Source: an uncultured Actinomycetes bacterium (GTDB lineage: Bacteria > Actinomycetota > Acidimicrobiia > Acidimicrobiales > RAAP-2). From it: DNA of 64,000 nt. The notes beneath the pieces were generated by a model. That model was not told the origin of the DNA, did not search any database, and saw only the letters and a program-made list of their open reading frames with translations. Both the position numbers and the translations under genes were made by a program. The DNA is taken from assembly GCA_903885505.1 (NCBI GenBank), contig CAISIU010000033.1, forward strand, positions 13,325 to 77,324. The letters run 5' to 3'. This document shows positions 10,789-21,108 of this stretch, in pieces (the stretch's first letter is position 1; each line of letters begins with the position of its first letter).

Positions 10789-12084
10789 GTGAGCCCCCGC
10801 TTCCTGAGTCCCGCCGATGCCGCCGCCTTGCTGCGTCCCACCGACACCCTCGGTCTCGGTCTTGGCCCGGCGAACCCCCACACCTTTTTAAACGCGCTCT
10901 CTGTTCGCGACGATTGGGAAGATCTTCAGATTGGTGGAGCTTTAGTGTTAGGCCTGTTTGGTCTCTTCACCAACCCCCACGTGCATTACCGCGCCGGATT
11001 TTTCGGTCCCGCGGAGCGTTACTTGCGCTCAGTGGGCGCCGACGTGCAATTGGTGCCCGCCGGATTTCGACAATTTGAGCCGGTGCTTCGCCAATTCGCT
11101 CCACGCGTGATGGCGGTGCAGTGTGCTCGTGACGTCGACGGCAACTTCAACACCTCGCTTCATGTCGGTGCCACGTTTGAAGAGTTGTTACGAGCTGGTC
11201 GAGACCCCGAGCGACTGCTGATTGTCGAAGTCAACCCCCACCTTCCCGTGACGACGGCTCTCGAGGGGTACACCACCACCATTCCCGCCGAACTCGTCGA
11301 CGTGGTGCTTGAGGGTGACCAACCCGTCTTTGAGTTACCCGAGGAGACGGCGACCGAGGTGGACGAGACGATCGCGGACATCGCCGCCGGTTTTATTCAT
11401 CCCCACGCCACCCTCCAGACGGGTATCGGCGCTATTCCCACCATGGTGGCCCGCCACTTGGCGCAGCGTGAGGGCGGCGAATACGGCATTCATTCCGAAA
11501 TGTTCACCACCGGACTATGGATGCTGCATCAAGCCGGCAAAGTGACCAACTCCCACAAATCGATTTTCCCGGGAGTGTCCGTTACCACCTTCGCCCTGGG
11601 ATCAAGCGCCATGTATGAGTGGATGAACAACAATCCCGACGTGGCCTTCGCGCCCGTCGACATCGTCAATGACCCCACCCTCATCGGTCGCAACCGCCAC
11701 TTTGTGTCGATTAACGGCGCCATCTCAGTTGACCTCTATGGACAAATCGTGGCCGACTCCGTGGCCGGCCGTCAGATTTCTGGTGTCGGGGGACACGAGG
11801 ATTTTGTGGCCGGTGCTGAACTCGACACCCAAAACGTCTCACTCATTTGTCTCCACGCCACTATTGAGGTGGACGGTGTGCTGCAGAGTCGCATCACCGC
11901 GCAGCTGCCCCTCGGTTCGATTGTGTCCACACCTCGTCACCACACCGCCGTCATCGTCACCGAATTTGGTGCGGCCGACCTACGTGGGCGCACCGTGTCG
12001 GAGCGTGCCCACTTGCTCGCGGAGATTGCCCACCCACAATTTCGCGATGAACTTCACCTCGCGGCGGAGAACTTGGCCCACTAA
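10789..12084 (+). CDS. Acetyl-CoA hydrolase/transferase family protein (4-hydroxybutyrate CoA-transferase-like)
   Basis: Family pattern (GIGAIP, HSEMFT, SINGAISVDLYGQ, SGVGGHEDF). The track ORF starts at 10717 and overlaps the divergent dsbA-like gene. The in-frame GTG at 10789 behind AGAGGGG removes that overlap and is preferred. Confidence 0.75.
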   Translation: MSPRFLSPADAAALLRPTDTLGLGLGPANPHTFLNALSVRDDWEDLQIGGALVLGLFGLFTNPHVHYRAGFFGPAERYLRSVGADVQLVPAGFRQFEPVLRQFAPRVMAVQCARDVDGNFNTSLHVGATFEELLRAGRDPERLLIVEVNPHLPVTTALEGYTTTIPAELVDVVLEGDQPVFELPEETATEVDETIADIAAGFIHPHATLQTGIGAIPTMVARHLAQREGGEYGIHSEMFTTGLWMLHQAGKVTNSHKSIFPGVSVTTFALGSSAMYEWMNNNPDVAFAPVDIVNDPTLIGRNRHFVSINGAISVDLYGQIVADSVAGRQISGVGGHEDFVAGAELDTQNVSLICLHATIEVDGVLQSRITAQLPLGSIVSTPRHHTAVIVTEFGAADLRGRTVSERAHLLAEIAHPQFRDELHLAAENLAH

Positions 12085-13682
12085 TGCTCATTGCTCGCGA
12101 TCTGGAACTGGAAATTGGTGCTCGCCGCATCTTGAACAAGGTCTCCTTCACCATTGGTGAAGGAGAGAAGGTGGGCATTGTCGGTCGTAATGGTGCCGGC
12201 AAGTCCACCTTGTTGTCGGTCATCATCGGCAACCCCGGACAACACTTGCGGGTGGGGGGCACGGTGCAGCGCCAAGGTCACTGGGCGCACCTCCCGCAAG
12301 AACCCGTGCCGGGTGGACTCGGTGTGGACCCCATTGGTTTGTCGCACGTCATGAGCGCTCGAGGTTTGGATGTTCTCGACGTGCAAATGCACGAGGCTCG
12401 CCGCGCGATGGCCGAGGACCCCAGTTCCGAAAACATTGAATTGTTTTCCCAGCTCGAAGAAACCTTCCGCGACCGCGGGGGTTACGAGTCCGAATCGGAG
12501 ATTGCCCGCTTGGCGGCGGGATTAGGTTTGCCCGAAGAATTTCTTCTCTCTGATCTGGGCGACCTCTCGGGTGGTCAACGCCGACGCGTCGACCTCATGC
12601 GCATTTTGTATGAGAAGCCCGAAACCATGGTGCTCGACGAACCCACCAACCACCTCGACAAGTCCGCCAAGGGCTGGTTGTTCGAGGAACTCGACCGTTA
12701 CCACGGCACCGTCATCGTGATTAGCCACGACCTTCCCCTGCTGGACAAGGCCATTACCCGTGTCTTGTCGCTACGCGAAGGCCAACTTCGCGACTACACC
12801 GGCAATTACTCCTCTTTCCAGCGCCAAGAGGGTGAAACCATTGAGCGCGAGGAGAAGTTGGCGACTCGCCAAGATGCTGACATCGACCGCCTCAAGAAGT
12901 TGGCTGACTCCATGCGTGGCCAAACGGAAACCCGCGCGCGTCTCGCGAAGGTCTTAGACCACCGTCGTGAGCGCATGGAAGGCGAACGCATCACTGTGAC
13001 CCAACGTGAGCGCAAGGTGACTTTCAAATTGCCCCAACCACCACGATCGGGTGACGTGCCGCTACGAGCGGAACACCTTCAGGTCTCCTACGGTGATCTC
13101 GACGTGCTGCGCGATGCGGGACTCATTACCCGTCGCGGCGACCGCATCTTGATCGTGGGTCGAAACGGTGCCGGTAAGTCAACACTCCTACGCTGTCTCG
13201 CGGGGACCCAGAGTGCGGGCGCGGGCGTCGTGACCTTGGGGGCCAACGTGGTGCGAGGTTATTTCGCGCAGGAACACGAGCAGTTGGACTTCACTAAGAC
13301 CGTCTTTGATCACTTGGCGGACGCCACGGTGCAGGGCGACGCGCAGCGTCGCGCCCTGCTGGGCGCCTTCGGACTCAAGGGAGAAACGGCTCACCAGTTG
13401 CCTGGCACCTTGTCCGGTGGTGAGCGGGCCAAGCTCGCCCTGGCGCTCTTGGCAGCCAGTTCGGCCAACTTGCTGATTTTGGACGAACCCACCAACAACC
13501 TGGACCCCGCTTCGGTGGTCGCCGTCGGTGACATGCTGCGCAGCTGGTCGGGCACCATCATTGCGGTGAGTCACGAACGACACTTTGTGGAGGCACTGGA
13601 GCCCACCCACGCGGTCTTGCTCCCCGAGGAGTTCTTCGACCTCTGGCGTGACGACTACCTCGACATGGTGGAGCAGCGCTAG
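12084..13682 (+). CDS. ABC-F family ATPase (two ABC domains, no membrane domain)
   Basis: Two Walker A (GRNGAGKST twice), two signatures (LSGGQRRR, LSGGERAK) and a charged inter-domain linker. The start overlaps the preceding stop (TAATG). Confidence 0.85.
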   Translation: MLIARDLELEIGARRILNKVSFTIGEGEKVGIVGRNGAGKSTLLSVIIGNPGQHLRVGGTVQRQGHWAHLPQEPVPGGLGVDPIGLSHVMSARGLDVLDVQMHEARRAMAEDPSSENIELFSQLEETFRDRGGYESESEIARLAAGLGLPEEFLLSDLGDLSGGQRRRVDLMRILYEKPETMVLDEPTNHLDKSAKGWLFEELDRYHGTVIVISHDLPLLDKAITRVLSLREGQLRDYTGNYSSFQRQEGETIEREEKLATRQDADIDRLKKLADSMRGQTETRARLAKVLDHRRERMEGERITVTQRERKVTFKLPQPPRSGDVPLRAEHLQVSYGDLDVLRDAGLITRRGDRILIVGRNGAGKSTLLRCLAGTQSAGAGVVTLGANVVRGYFAQEHEQLDFTKTVFDHLADATVQGDAQRRALLGAFGLKGETAHQLPGTLSGGERAKLALALLAASSANLLILDEPTNNLDPASVVAVGDMLRSWSGTIIAVSHERHFVEALEPTHAVLLPEEFFDLWRDDYLDMVEQR

Positions 13683-13727
13683 GCGCTTCTTATTCCTTTA
13701 TCGTTGCTCTAACAACGAGGGGGACAG

Positions 13728-15152
13728 ATGTCACGCACTATTGGAGAACTGGCGGGCACGTCCGCAGAGGAACTCATCTCATTGCTCGCGAGCGGTGAGG
13801 TCACCTCCGTGGACATCGTGAATGACTGCATTGCCTATGCGGCGGCCATTGACCACCCGTCGTCGGCGCGAGCACTTAACTCCATTGCTCAGATTTCCCC
13901 CACTGCTCTCGACGAGGCGACTGCGTCAGATGCCCGTCGTCGCGAGGGAAAGCTTCTCAGTGAGAACGATGGCTTGCCGCTATTCATCAAGGACAACATC
14001 GAAGCGGTGGGACTTCCCGGCGCGGCCGGTTCGACGGCGCTGGTGGGCCGACCCACTCGTGATGCGGCCTTGGTGCGCGCGGCGCGCGCGGCGGGCCTCG
14101 TGATCGTGGGATCGACCAACTTGTCAGAGTGGGCGAACCTTCGCTCGCCGAAGTCCACGTCAGGGTGGTCCGCTTTCGGTGGTCTCGTCGACAACCCGTG
14201 GCGACACGGTCGCAGCGCGGGTGGTTCGTCCTCGGGTTCTGGTGCCGCGGTGGGCGCGGGTCTCACGCCGTGGGCGGTGGGAACCGAAACGGATGGTTCA
14301 ATCATTTGTCCCGCGTCCGTCAGTGGTGTCGCCGGACTCAAGCCCACGGTGGGTTCCATTTCGACGGACGGTGTGGTGCCGCTCAGTGCCAGCCAAGACA
14401 GTCCGGGACCTATTGCCCGTCGCGTCAGTGACGTAGCGCGCCTGTGGAGCATCTTGTCGGGTAAGCCAGTAAACCCCGCTTCTCCTCGTCTCGTCATCGC
14501 CACCAACTGGCTCGCCGGCCACGAGGGCACCGATGAGGTCGTGGCGTCAGTGACCGAAGTATTGCTGGCGGAGCACGGTGCGCAGCCCGTGGTGGTGGCC
14601 GACATCACGGAGGCGGATGGATCAGACGAACTCACTGTTCTGCTATGCGAAATGGCCGATGACCTGTCGGCGTACCTGGCGGGCCGTCCCGGTGACGGCG
14701 TGACGTCGCTGGCGGACGTCGTGGCCTACGAAAAGGCGCACGCCGACACCGAACTGAAGTGGTTCGGTCACGAATTCTTTGAGCAGGCCCTCGAGCTTCG
14801 CGGTCGCGCGAACCCCGACTACGCGATTGCTCGCGAGCGCAACCTGCGCCGCATGATTGACGAAGTTCTCGAGCCCGCGTTGGTGCACGGCGACGTCCTG
14901 ATTTCCGCGGCCTACGGCCCCGCCTGGGAGTCCGACCTCGTCAATGGTGGTCACTCGAACGCCTTTGCCAGTGTCGCCACTATGCCCGCCGCAATTGCCG
15001 GCTGGCCCATTGCCACGGTGCCGGTGGGGCTCGTTGATGGCCTGCCGGTGGGAGTGTCCATTGTGGGACGCGCCGGTCGCGAAGATGATGTTCTCGCCGC
15101 CGCGGCCCTCATCGAGCGCATTGTCAATTTCACGGCTCGTCCCGCCCTCTAA
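13728..15152 (+). CDS. Amidase (amidase-signature family)
   Basis: Gly/Ser-rich AS signature GGSSSGSGAAV plus upstream IKDNI and GTETDGSI. Confidence 0.8.
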   Translation: MSRTIGELAGTSAEELISLLASGEVTSVDIVNDCIAYAAAIDHPSSARALNSIAQISPTALDEATASDARRREGKLLSENDGLPLFIKDNIEAVGLPGAAGSTALVGRPTRDAALVRAARAAGLVIVGSTNLSEWANLRSPKSTSGWSAFGGLVDNPWRHGRSAGGSSSGSGAAVGAGLTPWAVGTETDGSIICPASVSGVAGLKPTVGSISTDGVVPLSASQDSPGPIARRVSDVARLWSILSGKPVNPASPRLVIATNWLAGHEGTDEVVASVTEVLLAEHGAQPVVVADITEADGSDELTVLLCEMADDLSAYLAGRPGDGVTSLADVVAYEKAHADTELKWFGHEFFEQALELRGRANPDYAIARERNLRRMIDEVLEPALVHGDVLISAAYGPAWESDLVNGGHSNAFASVATMPAAIAGWPIATVPVGLVDGLPVGVSIVGRAGREDDVLAAAALIERIVNFTARPAL

Positions 15153-15214
15153 AAAGCGACTCGCCACCACCTTCCCTCCGCTAGAACGGAGGCACCACAG
15201 ACCTCGGAGGACTC

Positions 15215-15634
15215 ATGGCTACCACTCGTCGCGCATCAACCACTTGGACCGGCACCTTGCTCGAAGGATCGGGTGAGACCACTTTCGCCTCGTCGGGCAT
15301 CGGCACCTTTCCGGTGAGTTGGCCAGCGCGCTCGGAAGAGCCGAACGGTGTCACAAGCCCCGAAGAGTTAATTGCTGCCGCCCACGCGTCGTGCTTCTCC
15401 ATGGCGCTGTCCAGCGGCTTGGCCAAGGCGGGCACGCCGGCCACCACGCTCGAGACTGCCGTCGAAGTTGATTTTCAGCCGGGTGTCGGCATCACTGAAA
15501 TTCGCTTGACGGTGTCTGGTGTGGTCGAGAACCTCAGCGCGGACGACTTCGCCGCCGCGGCCGAGACAGCAAAGGCCAACTGCCCCGTCTCGAAGGCGCT
15601 CTCAGCCGTCCCCATTGTTCTCACGGTGAAGTGA
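15215..15634 (+). CDS. osmC: OsmC-family peroxiredoxin
   Basis: 139 aa with SPEELIAAAHASCFSMAL and the second conserved Cys in ANCPVSKAL. Confidence 0.8.
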   Translation: MATTRRASTTWTGTLLEGSGETTFASSGIGTFPVSWPARSEEPNGVTSPEELIAAAHASCFSMALSSGLAKAGTPATTLETAVEVDFQPGVGITEIRLTVSGVVENLSADDFAAAAETAKANCPVSKALSAVPIVLTVK

Positions 15635-16098
15635 GTATTGAACTAGAACCCGTCGCCGTGGTGCGTTCCTCGCGTCACGAGCTCATCGATGACCGGTGGG
15701 ATGGCGAAACGTCGTTCATTGAACTCTTGCCACATATCAACCAGATTGCTCTGACCGGACTGGACAGTTTTAGTCATTGCCTCGTGGTGGGGTATTTCGA
15801 TCGTGCGACGGACGGCCAGCTCGTTCGTCATCCTCGCGGCAACCATTCGTGGCCGTTAGTGGGGATATTCGCGCAACGTGCGAAAGATCGCCCCAATCGC
15901 CTGGCCATCTCCGTCTGTGCCATCGATCGCATCGACGACAATCGTCTTCACGTGCGCGGCATCGATTTCATCGACGGCACCCCCATCCTCGACATCAAAC
16001 CTTGGATGGCCGAATTTGGACCCCGAGGCGACATCCTCCAGCCCACCTGGTCGCACGAATTAATGGCGACGTATTGGGATGACTCGTCGACTGACTAA
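15631..16098 (+). CDS. TrmO/YaeB-like (UPF0066) SAM-dependent methyltransferase domain protein
   Basis: Pattern GLDSFSHCLVVGYF...RHPRG...GIFAQRAKDRPN.L...V....I....L.V.GIDFIDGTPILDIKPW. ATGA-type overlap with osmC. Confidence 0.65.
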   Translation: MSIELEPVAVVRSSRHELIDDRWDGETSFIELLPHINQIALTGLDSFSHCLVVGYFDRATDGQLVRHPRGNHSWPLVGIFAQRAKDRPNRLAISVCAIDRIDDNRLHVRGIDFIDGTPILDIKPWMAEFGPRGDILQPTWSHELMATYWDDSSTD

Positions 16099-16122
16099 TG
16101 GTTCGAGTGTCACACTAGAGAC

Positions 16123-17154
16123 ATGCGAATTGGAGTCCTGACTGCGGGCGGCGATGCACCTGGCCTGAACGCGGCGCTTCGCGCCATTGGACGCAGCGTG
16201 TGGGCGCAGAGCCACGAACTCATCGGCATTCACGACGGCTGGGCGGGTCTCGCGGACGGCTACCGAGCTGAAGAGTTAACCCGTCATCGCTTGTCCGGAA
16301 TCCTGGGTCTCGGAGGGACCGCTTTGGGCTCCATTCGTTACAACCTCGATCAACCCGCGGGCGGTCGCGAGCAGGTGTTGAGAGTTATTAACGAGAAGCT
16401 CGACGCGCTCATCGCCATTGGCGGCGATGGGACATTGGCTATTGCGTCGTGGCTCGCCGAACAGGGAGCACCCGTGGTTGGTGTGGGCAAGACCCTCGAT
16501 AACGATTTGGCCAACACCGATTACTGCATTGGCTTTGACTCTGCGGTCTCGGTGGTGGCGGAATCTCTCGATCGTCTTCACACCACCGCCGCGTCGCATC
16601 ATCGCGTGTTGGTACTTGAGACCATGGGCCGCGCCACCGGCTGGGTGGCGACCATGGGTGGGTTGGCGGGCGGCGCGGATTACATCGTGATTCCCGAGGT
16701 TCCCGTCACGCTCACCGATATTGCCGAACACGTGCGCCGACGTCATCGACAAGGCAGCTCGTTTTCCATCGTCGTGGTGGCGGAGGGTGTGTCCGTCGAG
16801 AGTCTGGGAGGTCCGGCGACTCGCGCTAGCGAGACTGATGCCCTGGGACGCGAACAATTGGGTTCGCGCGGTGTGGGGCACTTTGTGTCTGACCAGATTG
16901 CCGAGCTGACGGGATTCGAATCACGCTGCACGGTCCTGGGATACCTACAGCGAGGTGGGTCGCCCACTGCCGTTGATCGCATCTGGGCAACGCGCGTGGG
17001 CGCGGCGGCCGCGGACCTCGTCATGGCGGGCCGGTATGGATTAATGCCGACGGTGCGCGGGGGTGAGGTGGACACGATGCCCATTCGTGACGCGATTAGC
17101 GAGCCGCATCCGGTGCCCGAGCACCTCTATCGATTGGCCGCGCGCTTTTTCTAG
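16123..17154 (+). CDS. pfkA: 6-phosphofructokinase
   Basis: MRIGVLTAGGDAPGLNAA, IGGDGT, TLDNDL and MGR motifs of the PFK-A family. The phosphoryl donor (ATP or PPi) cannot be decided by eye. Confidence 0.85.
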   Translation: MRIGVLTAGGDAPGLNAALRAIGRSVWAQSHELIGIHDGWAGLADGYRAEELTRHRLSGILGLGGTALGSIRYNLDQPAGGREQVLRVINEKLDALIAIGGDGTLAIASWLAEQGAPVVGVGKTLDNDLANTDYCIGFDSAVSVVAESLDRLHTTAASHHRVLVLETMGRATGWVATMGGLAGGADYIVIPEVPVTLTDIAEHVRRRHRQGSSFSIVVVAEGVSVESLGGPATRASETDALGREQLGSRGVGHFVSDQIAELTGFESRCTVLGYLQRGGSPTAVDRIWATRVGAAAADLVMAGRYGLMPTVRGGEVDTMPIRDAISEPHPVPEHLYRLAARFF

Positions 17155-18236
17155 CCCGCGAGTTGCGTGAAAATCTCGACCATCTCGTCGAGAGAAAACT
17201 CCATGCTCGCGCGGCCAATCTGGAATTCGTAGCGCTGGTGACGCGCGTCGTCACGCGAGAAGATGTACGGCAGAGTCAAAATTTTCTGTTCGCGCGCAAT
17301 CTTGCGCACGCGCTGCTCCATTTGCTTAGCCGTGGATTCAAAACGCAGGTGCATCAACGGACTGCGCACCTCGTTGGGCCACACCTCAATGCCATCAATC
17401 TCGCGGAGCCTCGCGGCGAGCGCCTTAGCGCGTCGGTAGTACGCGGGCATGTCGTCTCGGCGTGAGCGCAGCACGGTCAGTGCGGACGCGGCGTAAGGCC
17501 AGAGCATGTAGGCGCGACCACCGTGACGCGTGCGCCAGATCGAGACCTCATCAATGACGTCCGCATCACCCGCGACGCAACTTCCCGAAATTCCGCCGAG
17601 GCCTTTGTAGAACGACACGTACACCGTGTCGAAAAGAGCAGCGATATCGGCAATGGACTTCTTGGCGGTGGCGGCGTAGAAGGGAGCCGCTTCCCAGAGC
17701 CGTGCCCCGTCGAGATGACAGGCAATGCCCCGCTGGCGAGCCCACGCCACTTGCGACGTCAGCTGCGACCAGGTGGGGAGGTAACCGCCAATGTCACGCT
17801 GGGGGAGTTCCCAGAGAATCGCCCCGAGAGGCTCGGCAACCGACTTCAAAGTGCTGAGTGTCACGGGGTCAAAGGGCGACGTGCCACCAATCAATACTTC
17901 GCGAAGGGGGTGAAGTTCTTGAAAGGCGTTTTCTTCGTGCGTACGAAGGTGACAGAAAGGATGGATACCCACCGTGGAGAGACCCACGCGATCGGTGAGG
18001 ACTCGCAAGGTGGCTTGCTGGGTCATCACACCGGTGGGAAGAAACAGGGCCTTCTCTTTACCGAGAATCTGGGCGACTTCCGTCTCTAACTCACTCACCG
18101 CGCCACCATTGCCGTAGCCATCCATCACGGTGTCGTCAGGGATTTGTGCCAACAGTGACGCGACACTGCGACGGCCATCTCCCGCCAGAAACCGAGTGCA
18201 CTGCACCGCTAGTTCAGCCATCGTGGGAGTTGCCAT
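17151..18236 (-). CDS. PLP-dependent threonine aldolase / beta-eliminating lyase family protein
   Basis: 361 aa with aldolase-like N-terminal region (DGYGNGGAVSELETEVAQILGKEKALFLPTGVMTQQ) and FYKGLGG near the expected PLP-Lys. Assigned at family level only. Confidence 0.6.
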   Translation of the reverse strand: MATPTMAELAVQCTRFLAGDGRRSVASLLAQIPDDTVMDGYGNGGAVSELETEVAQILGKEKALFLPTGVMTQQATLRVLTDRVGLSTVGIHPFCHLRTHEENAFQELHPLREVLIGGTSPFDPVTLSTLKSVAEPLGAILWELPQRDIGGYLPTWSQLTSQVAWARQRGIACHLDGARLWEAAPFYAATAKKSIADIAALFDTVYVSFYKGLGGISGSCVAGDADVIDEVSIWRTRHGGRAYMLWPYAASALTVLRSRRDDMPAYYRRAKALAARLREIDGIEVWPNEVRSPLMHLRFESTAKQMEQRVRKIAREQKILTLPYIFSRDDARHQRYEFQIGRASMEFSLDEMVEIFTQLAG

Positions 18237-18245
18237 AGGGCGAGA

Positions 18246-20570
18246 CTATCTAGACGGGCTCGTCACATCCTCATGGCGAGCGACCACACGACGATTACGA
18301 CGTGCCGTGAGGAGCAATCCCACGACGGCGACGACGGCAGCGATTTCCGCGGGTGTCTCGTGCGGAGGGGTGAAATTAAAGCGAAGTTGATTAACGCCGG
18401 ACATCACCACGATCCGCTGGTACGGACGAGACAGGTCGAGACTGACGCGATGGCCATTAATCGTGGCGGTCCAGCCGGACATCGATAGTTCCCGACGAAT
18501 CACCACCGAGGGGTGATGGCAGGTGGCGGTGACGCCCGCAATTGACGCCGAACTGATTTGGCATCCCGCCGCGCTGTAGAGAGGCGAGGGGTGAGGCAAT
18601 TCGTAGATGTCATAACCCTCACCACGAAAGACCACGGGGAGATGTAGAGCGATAAATGCCGGATCGAGCGGCCAGCCAGTATTGGCAATTATCAGTTTCA
18701 CCCCGGCATTCTCAAAGGTCGCCACGTGCGTCGCTACTGACTTGCTATAGGCCTCGGCACCTTTTCTGCCTTCGTAGACGTAGTAACTCCATGGCGCGTG
18801 TTGGTATCCCAAGGGGAAATCGCGCGCGATCAATTCCTCAAAGTTTTTAGGGAAGGGGAGATCATGCGCATTGAGAGTGGCTAACTGAAAATACGAACCC
18901 CAGTTGGGCTGGAGGGGATTGAAGCTCACCAAGCGATACCCACCCAGATGTTTTTCGAGATATGTCAATGGTCCCGTGGCTAATTGATAATGCTGAGGCG
19001 CCGCCACCTCGGTCACCATGAAATTTCCTATTACCTCGACGGTCAGAATTGTCGCAACCAGGAGGTAGCGCCACTTCCCCCGAGCCACCACCGTGGCGAG
19101 CAGGAGTAAGCCGACGATGACAAAAGGTGCGACGTGTGACACCGCGATGGCCGCGGCCGCCGTGCCGGACATGGTGGTGCCACGAGTGACTTCGTCGGCG
19201 GCGCGATTGAGGAGGTAAACGAACGAACCAATCGTCACGGTGGCGATGACAGCTCTCTTCCACTTCCACTCGCGCCGTCGCATGTCGTCAAGGGCGAAGG
19301 CCGCCAAGATGACCAGGGCCAATTCGCACGACGAGGTGATGTAGCGACCGAGAACGACCCGGTTCACCAATGGAATGAGGTTCCAGAGATACAAACTGCC
19401 TGCCACGTTGAAGGTTCCGAGCAAGGAAAGAACGAGCCACGACAGCAAGAAGAGTCGAATGGCTCTCCCTCGACGCCCCCATACTCCCATCAGTGCGACA
19501 GTGAGAAGCCCCACACCGAAGTAGCCACCAACACCCCAATACCCCACCGTCGCGGGAACGTTATTAATCGGACCCATGATGTACGGGTTCACCATGATGG
19601 CCAGAGAGCGAAGGGGGAGAATCATGTGACTGGCGTCACGATGGATACCGACATCTGACACGGCGAGATAGTCACCAAACGCGATGAGGATGGGAAGTGA
19701 CAAGACGACACCCACGAGAGCGCCAATTGCCATTTGTCCCAAAGCTCGCCACCGCTGCACTGGGGCGAGAGAGAAGCTCCGCAGGACACCAAAGGCCATC
19801 ACCATGAGGGCGTTTAAGAATGCGACCTCTGGAAATCCGGCATATAACGATCCCGCAATGGCCAGTGCCAACAGGGTGAATCCCCAGCGTCGACGAGACA
19901 TTCCCGTCACAATGATCTCAACGCCCAACAGCGCCAGCGGCAAATACAGCACGGGATTTTCGACTGCGTTACCCAGCCACGAGAAAGTCCCATTCAATCC
20001 GAAAAGTGCCCCCGCAGTAATGGCGATGACGTCCGACGGTACCCAGCGTCGAATGAGGAGGTAGGTGGCGATACCCGCCGCCATCTCGAGTGCCACGTGA
20101 AACCACAGCAGGCCATGGGAAAGTAAGAGCAGGCCGACAAAGGGTGACAAGGCACCACTTTGCATGTCACCCGCAAGCGGCATGCCCACCCCGGCGTAGG
20201 GGTTCCACCACGGGAGATGGAGGTGAAGGAGATCGTGCGCGGCCAGATGGCCCAACGCCTGTGTGAGGTAGCCCACATTCGGATCAATCGCCGGCTGTGC
20301 ATGCATGGTGACGGTGGACAATTGCGACGTCCAACTCACAGCATCTTGAGTTCGAAGCTGGGCGATGTACAAAAAGTTTGCGAAAGCGATGACACCGGTG
20401 ACTATTAGCCAACCACTGTGGCTGCCCCACGTGCGACATCCAAAAAATCGTTGCAGAAGACCTGGTCGTAACGTCGATTTAGTGTGTGTCATTGAGTGGT
20501 ACCGGCTCACTAAAACATGACAGTCAACGTGGTCACGTGTGGCTAATCCTAGGGAGCACAAAGATTTCAA
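18246..20570 (-). CDS. Large polytopic membrane protein, GT-C/YfhO-like architecture
   Basis: About 13 N-terminal TM helices, then a soluble extracytoplasmic domain of about 200 aa, then one C-terminal TM (AAVVAVVGLLLTA). This is the YfhO-type glycosyltransferase topology. The start may be the internal ATG at 20492 (MTHTKST...). Confidence 0.45.
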   Translation of the reverse strand: MKSLCSLGLATRDHVDCHVLVSRYHSMTHTKSTLRPGLLQRFFGCRTWGSHSGWLIVTGVIAFANFLYIAQLRTQDAVSWTSQLSTVTMHAQPAIDPNVGYLTQALGHLAAHDLLHLHLPWWNPYAGVGMPLAGDMQSGALSPFVGLLLLSHGLLWFHVALEMAAGIATYLLIRRWVPSDVIAITAGALFGLNGTFSWLGNAVENPVLYLPLALLGVEIIVTGMSRRRWGFTLLALAIAGSLYAGFPEVAFLNALMVMAFGVLRSFSLAPVQRWRALGQMAIGALVGVVLSLPILIAFGDYLAVSDVGIHRDASHMILPLRSLAIMVNPYIMGPINNVPATVGYWGVGGYFGVGLLTVALMGVWGRRGRAIRLFLLSWLVLSLLGTFNVAGSLYLWNLIPLVNRVVLGRYITSSCELALVILAAFALDDMRRREWKWKRAVIATVTIGSFVYLLNRAADEVTRGTTMSGTAAAAIAVSHVAPFVIVGLLLLATVVARGKWRYLLVATILTVEVIGNFMVTEVAAPQHYQLATGPLTYLEKHLGGYRLVSFNPLQPNWGSYFQLATLNAHDLPFPKNFEELIARDFPLGYQHAPWSYYVYEGRKGAEAYSKSVATHVATFENAGVKLIIANTGWPLDPAFIALHLPVVFRGEGYDIYELPHPSPLYSAAGCQISSASIAGVTATCHHPSVVIRRELSMSGWTATINGHRVSLDLSRPYQRIVVMSGVNQLRFNFTPPHETPAEIAAVVAVVGLLLTARRNRRVVARHEDVTSPSR

Positions 20571-20686
20571 CTTTTATTTTGATGTGACGATTTCATCAAG
20601 ATTTGCGCCCTCCGATCCACGGTGAGGCCCTGACGTGTTGACCCGTTGAGTCCGGTTCCCGGCGACCTGTCTGACAAACTCATCAC

Positions 20687-21049
20687 GTGCCCCTCTCACT
20701 GCTTGGACTTCGTACCGTTATCTATCCGGCCGCCGATCTCGCCGCCAGTAAGAAATGGTGGTCCGACTTTCTCGGCATCGCACCGTACTTTGATGAACCC
20801 TTTTACGTGGGGTTCAATGTGGGTGGCGACGAGCTTGGTCTTCTACCGGATGCCAATAGAGACGATGGGGCACAGGTCTATTGGGGTGTGGATGACGTCA
20901 ACACCACCGTGGAGGAGTCAGTCGCACATGGGGCGACGGTGCTGGCGCCGCCGACTGATGTTGGCGAGGGCATTGTGACCGCCACGGTGAGAACGCCCGA
21001 TGGGAGTGTGGTGGGGTTCATTTTCAACCCGCACTACACCCAGAGTTAA
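20687..21049 (+). CDS. VOC (glyoxalase/bleomycin-resistance) family protein
   Basis: 120 aa with paired beta-alpha-beta-beta-beta pattern, FYVGFNVGG...LGLL and TVRTPDGSVVGFIFNP. Confidence 0.7.
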   Translation: MPLSLLGLRTVIYPAADLAASKKWWSDFLGIAPYFDEPFYVGFNVGGDELGLLPDANRDDGAQVYWGVDDVNTTVEESVAHGATVLAPPTDVGEGIVTATVRTPDGSVVGFIFNPHYTQS

Positions 21050-21075
21050 CACCTGACACTCTTTTTAGTCTCTAC

Positions 21076-21108
21076 TGGTGGGCGAGGCGGGACTAGCCGC
21101 GTTCGAGA
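21076..21108 (-). repeat. Decayed copy of the tRNA-Leu(CAG) 3' end (att-like direct repeat)
   Basis: TGGTGGGCGAGGCGGGACT at 21076-21094 is identical to 25235-25253, which is the CCA end, acceptor strand and T-stem of the tRNA-Leu gene, in the same orientation. Degenerate similarity (GCGG, TCTCGAA blocks) continues to 21108. Confidence 0.7.
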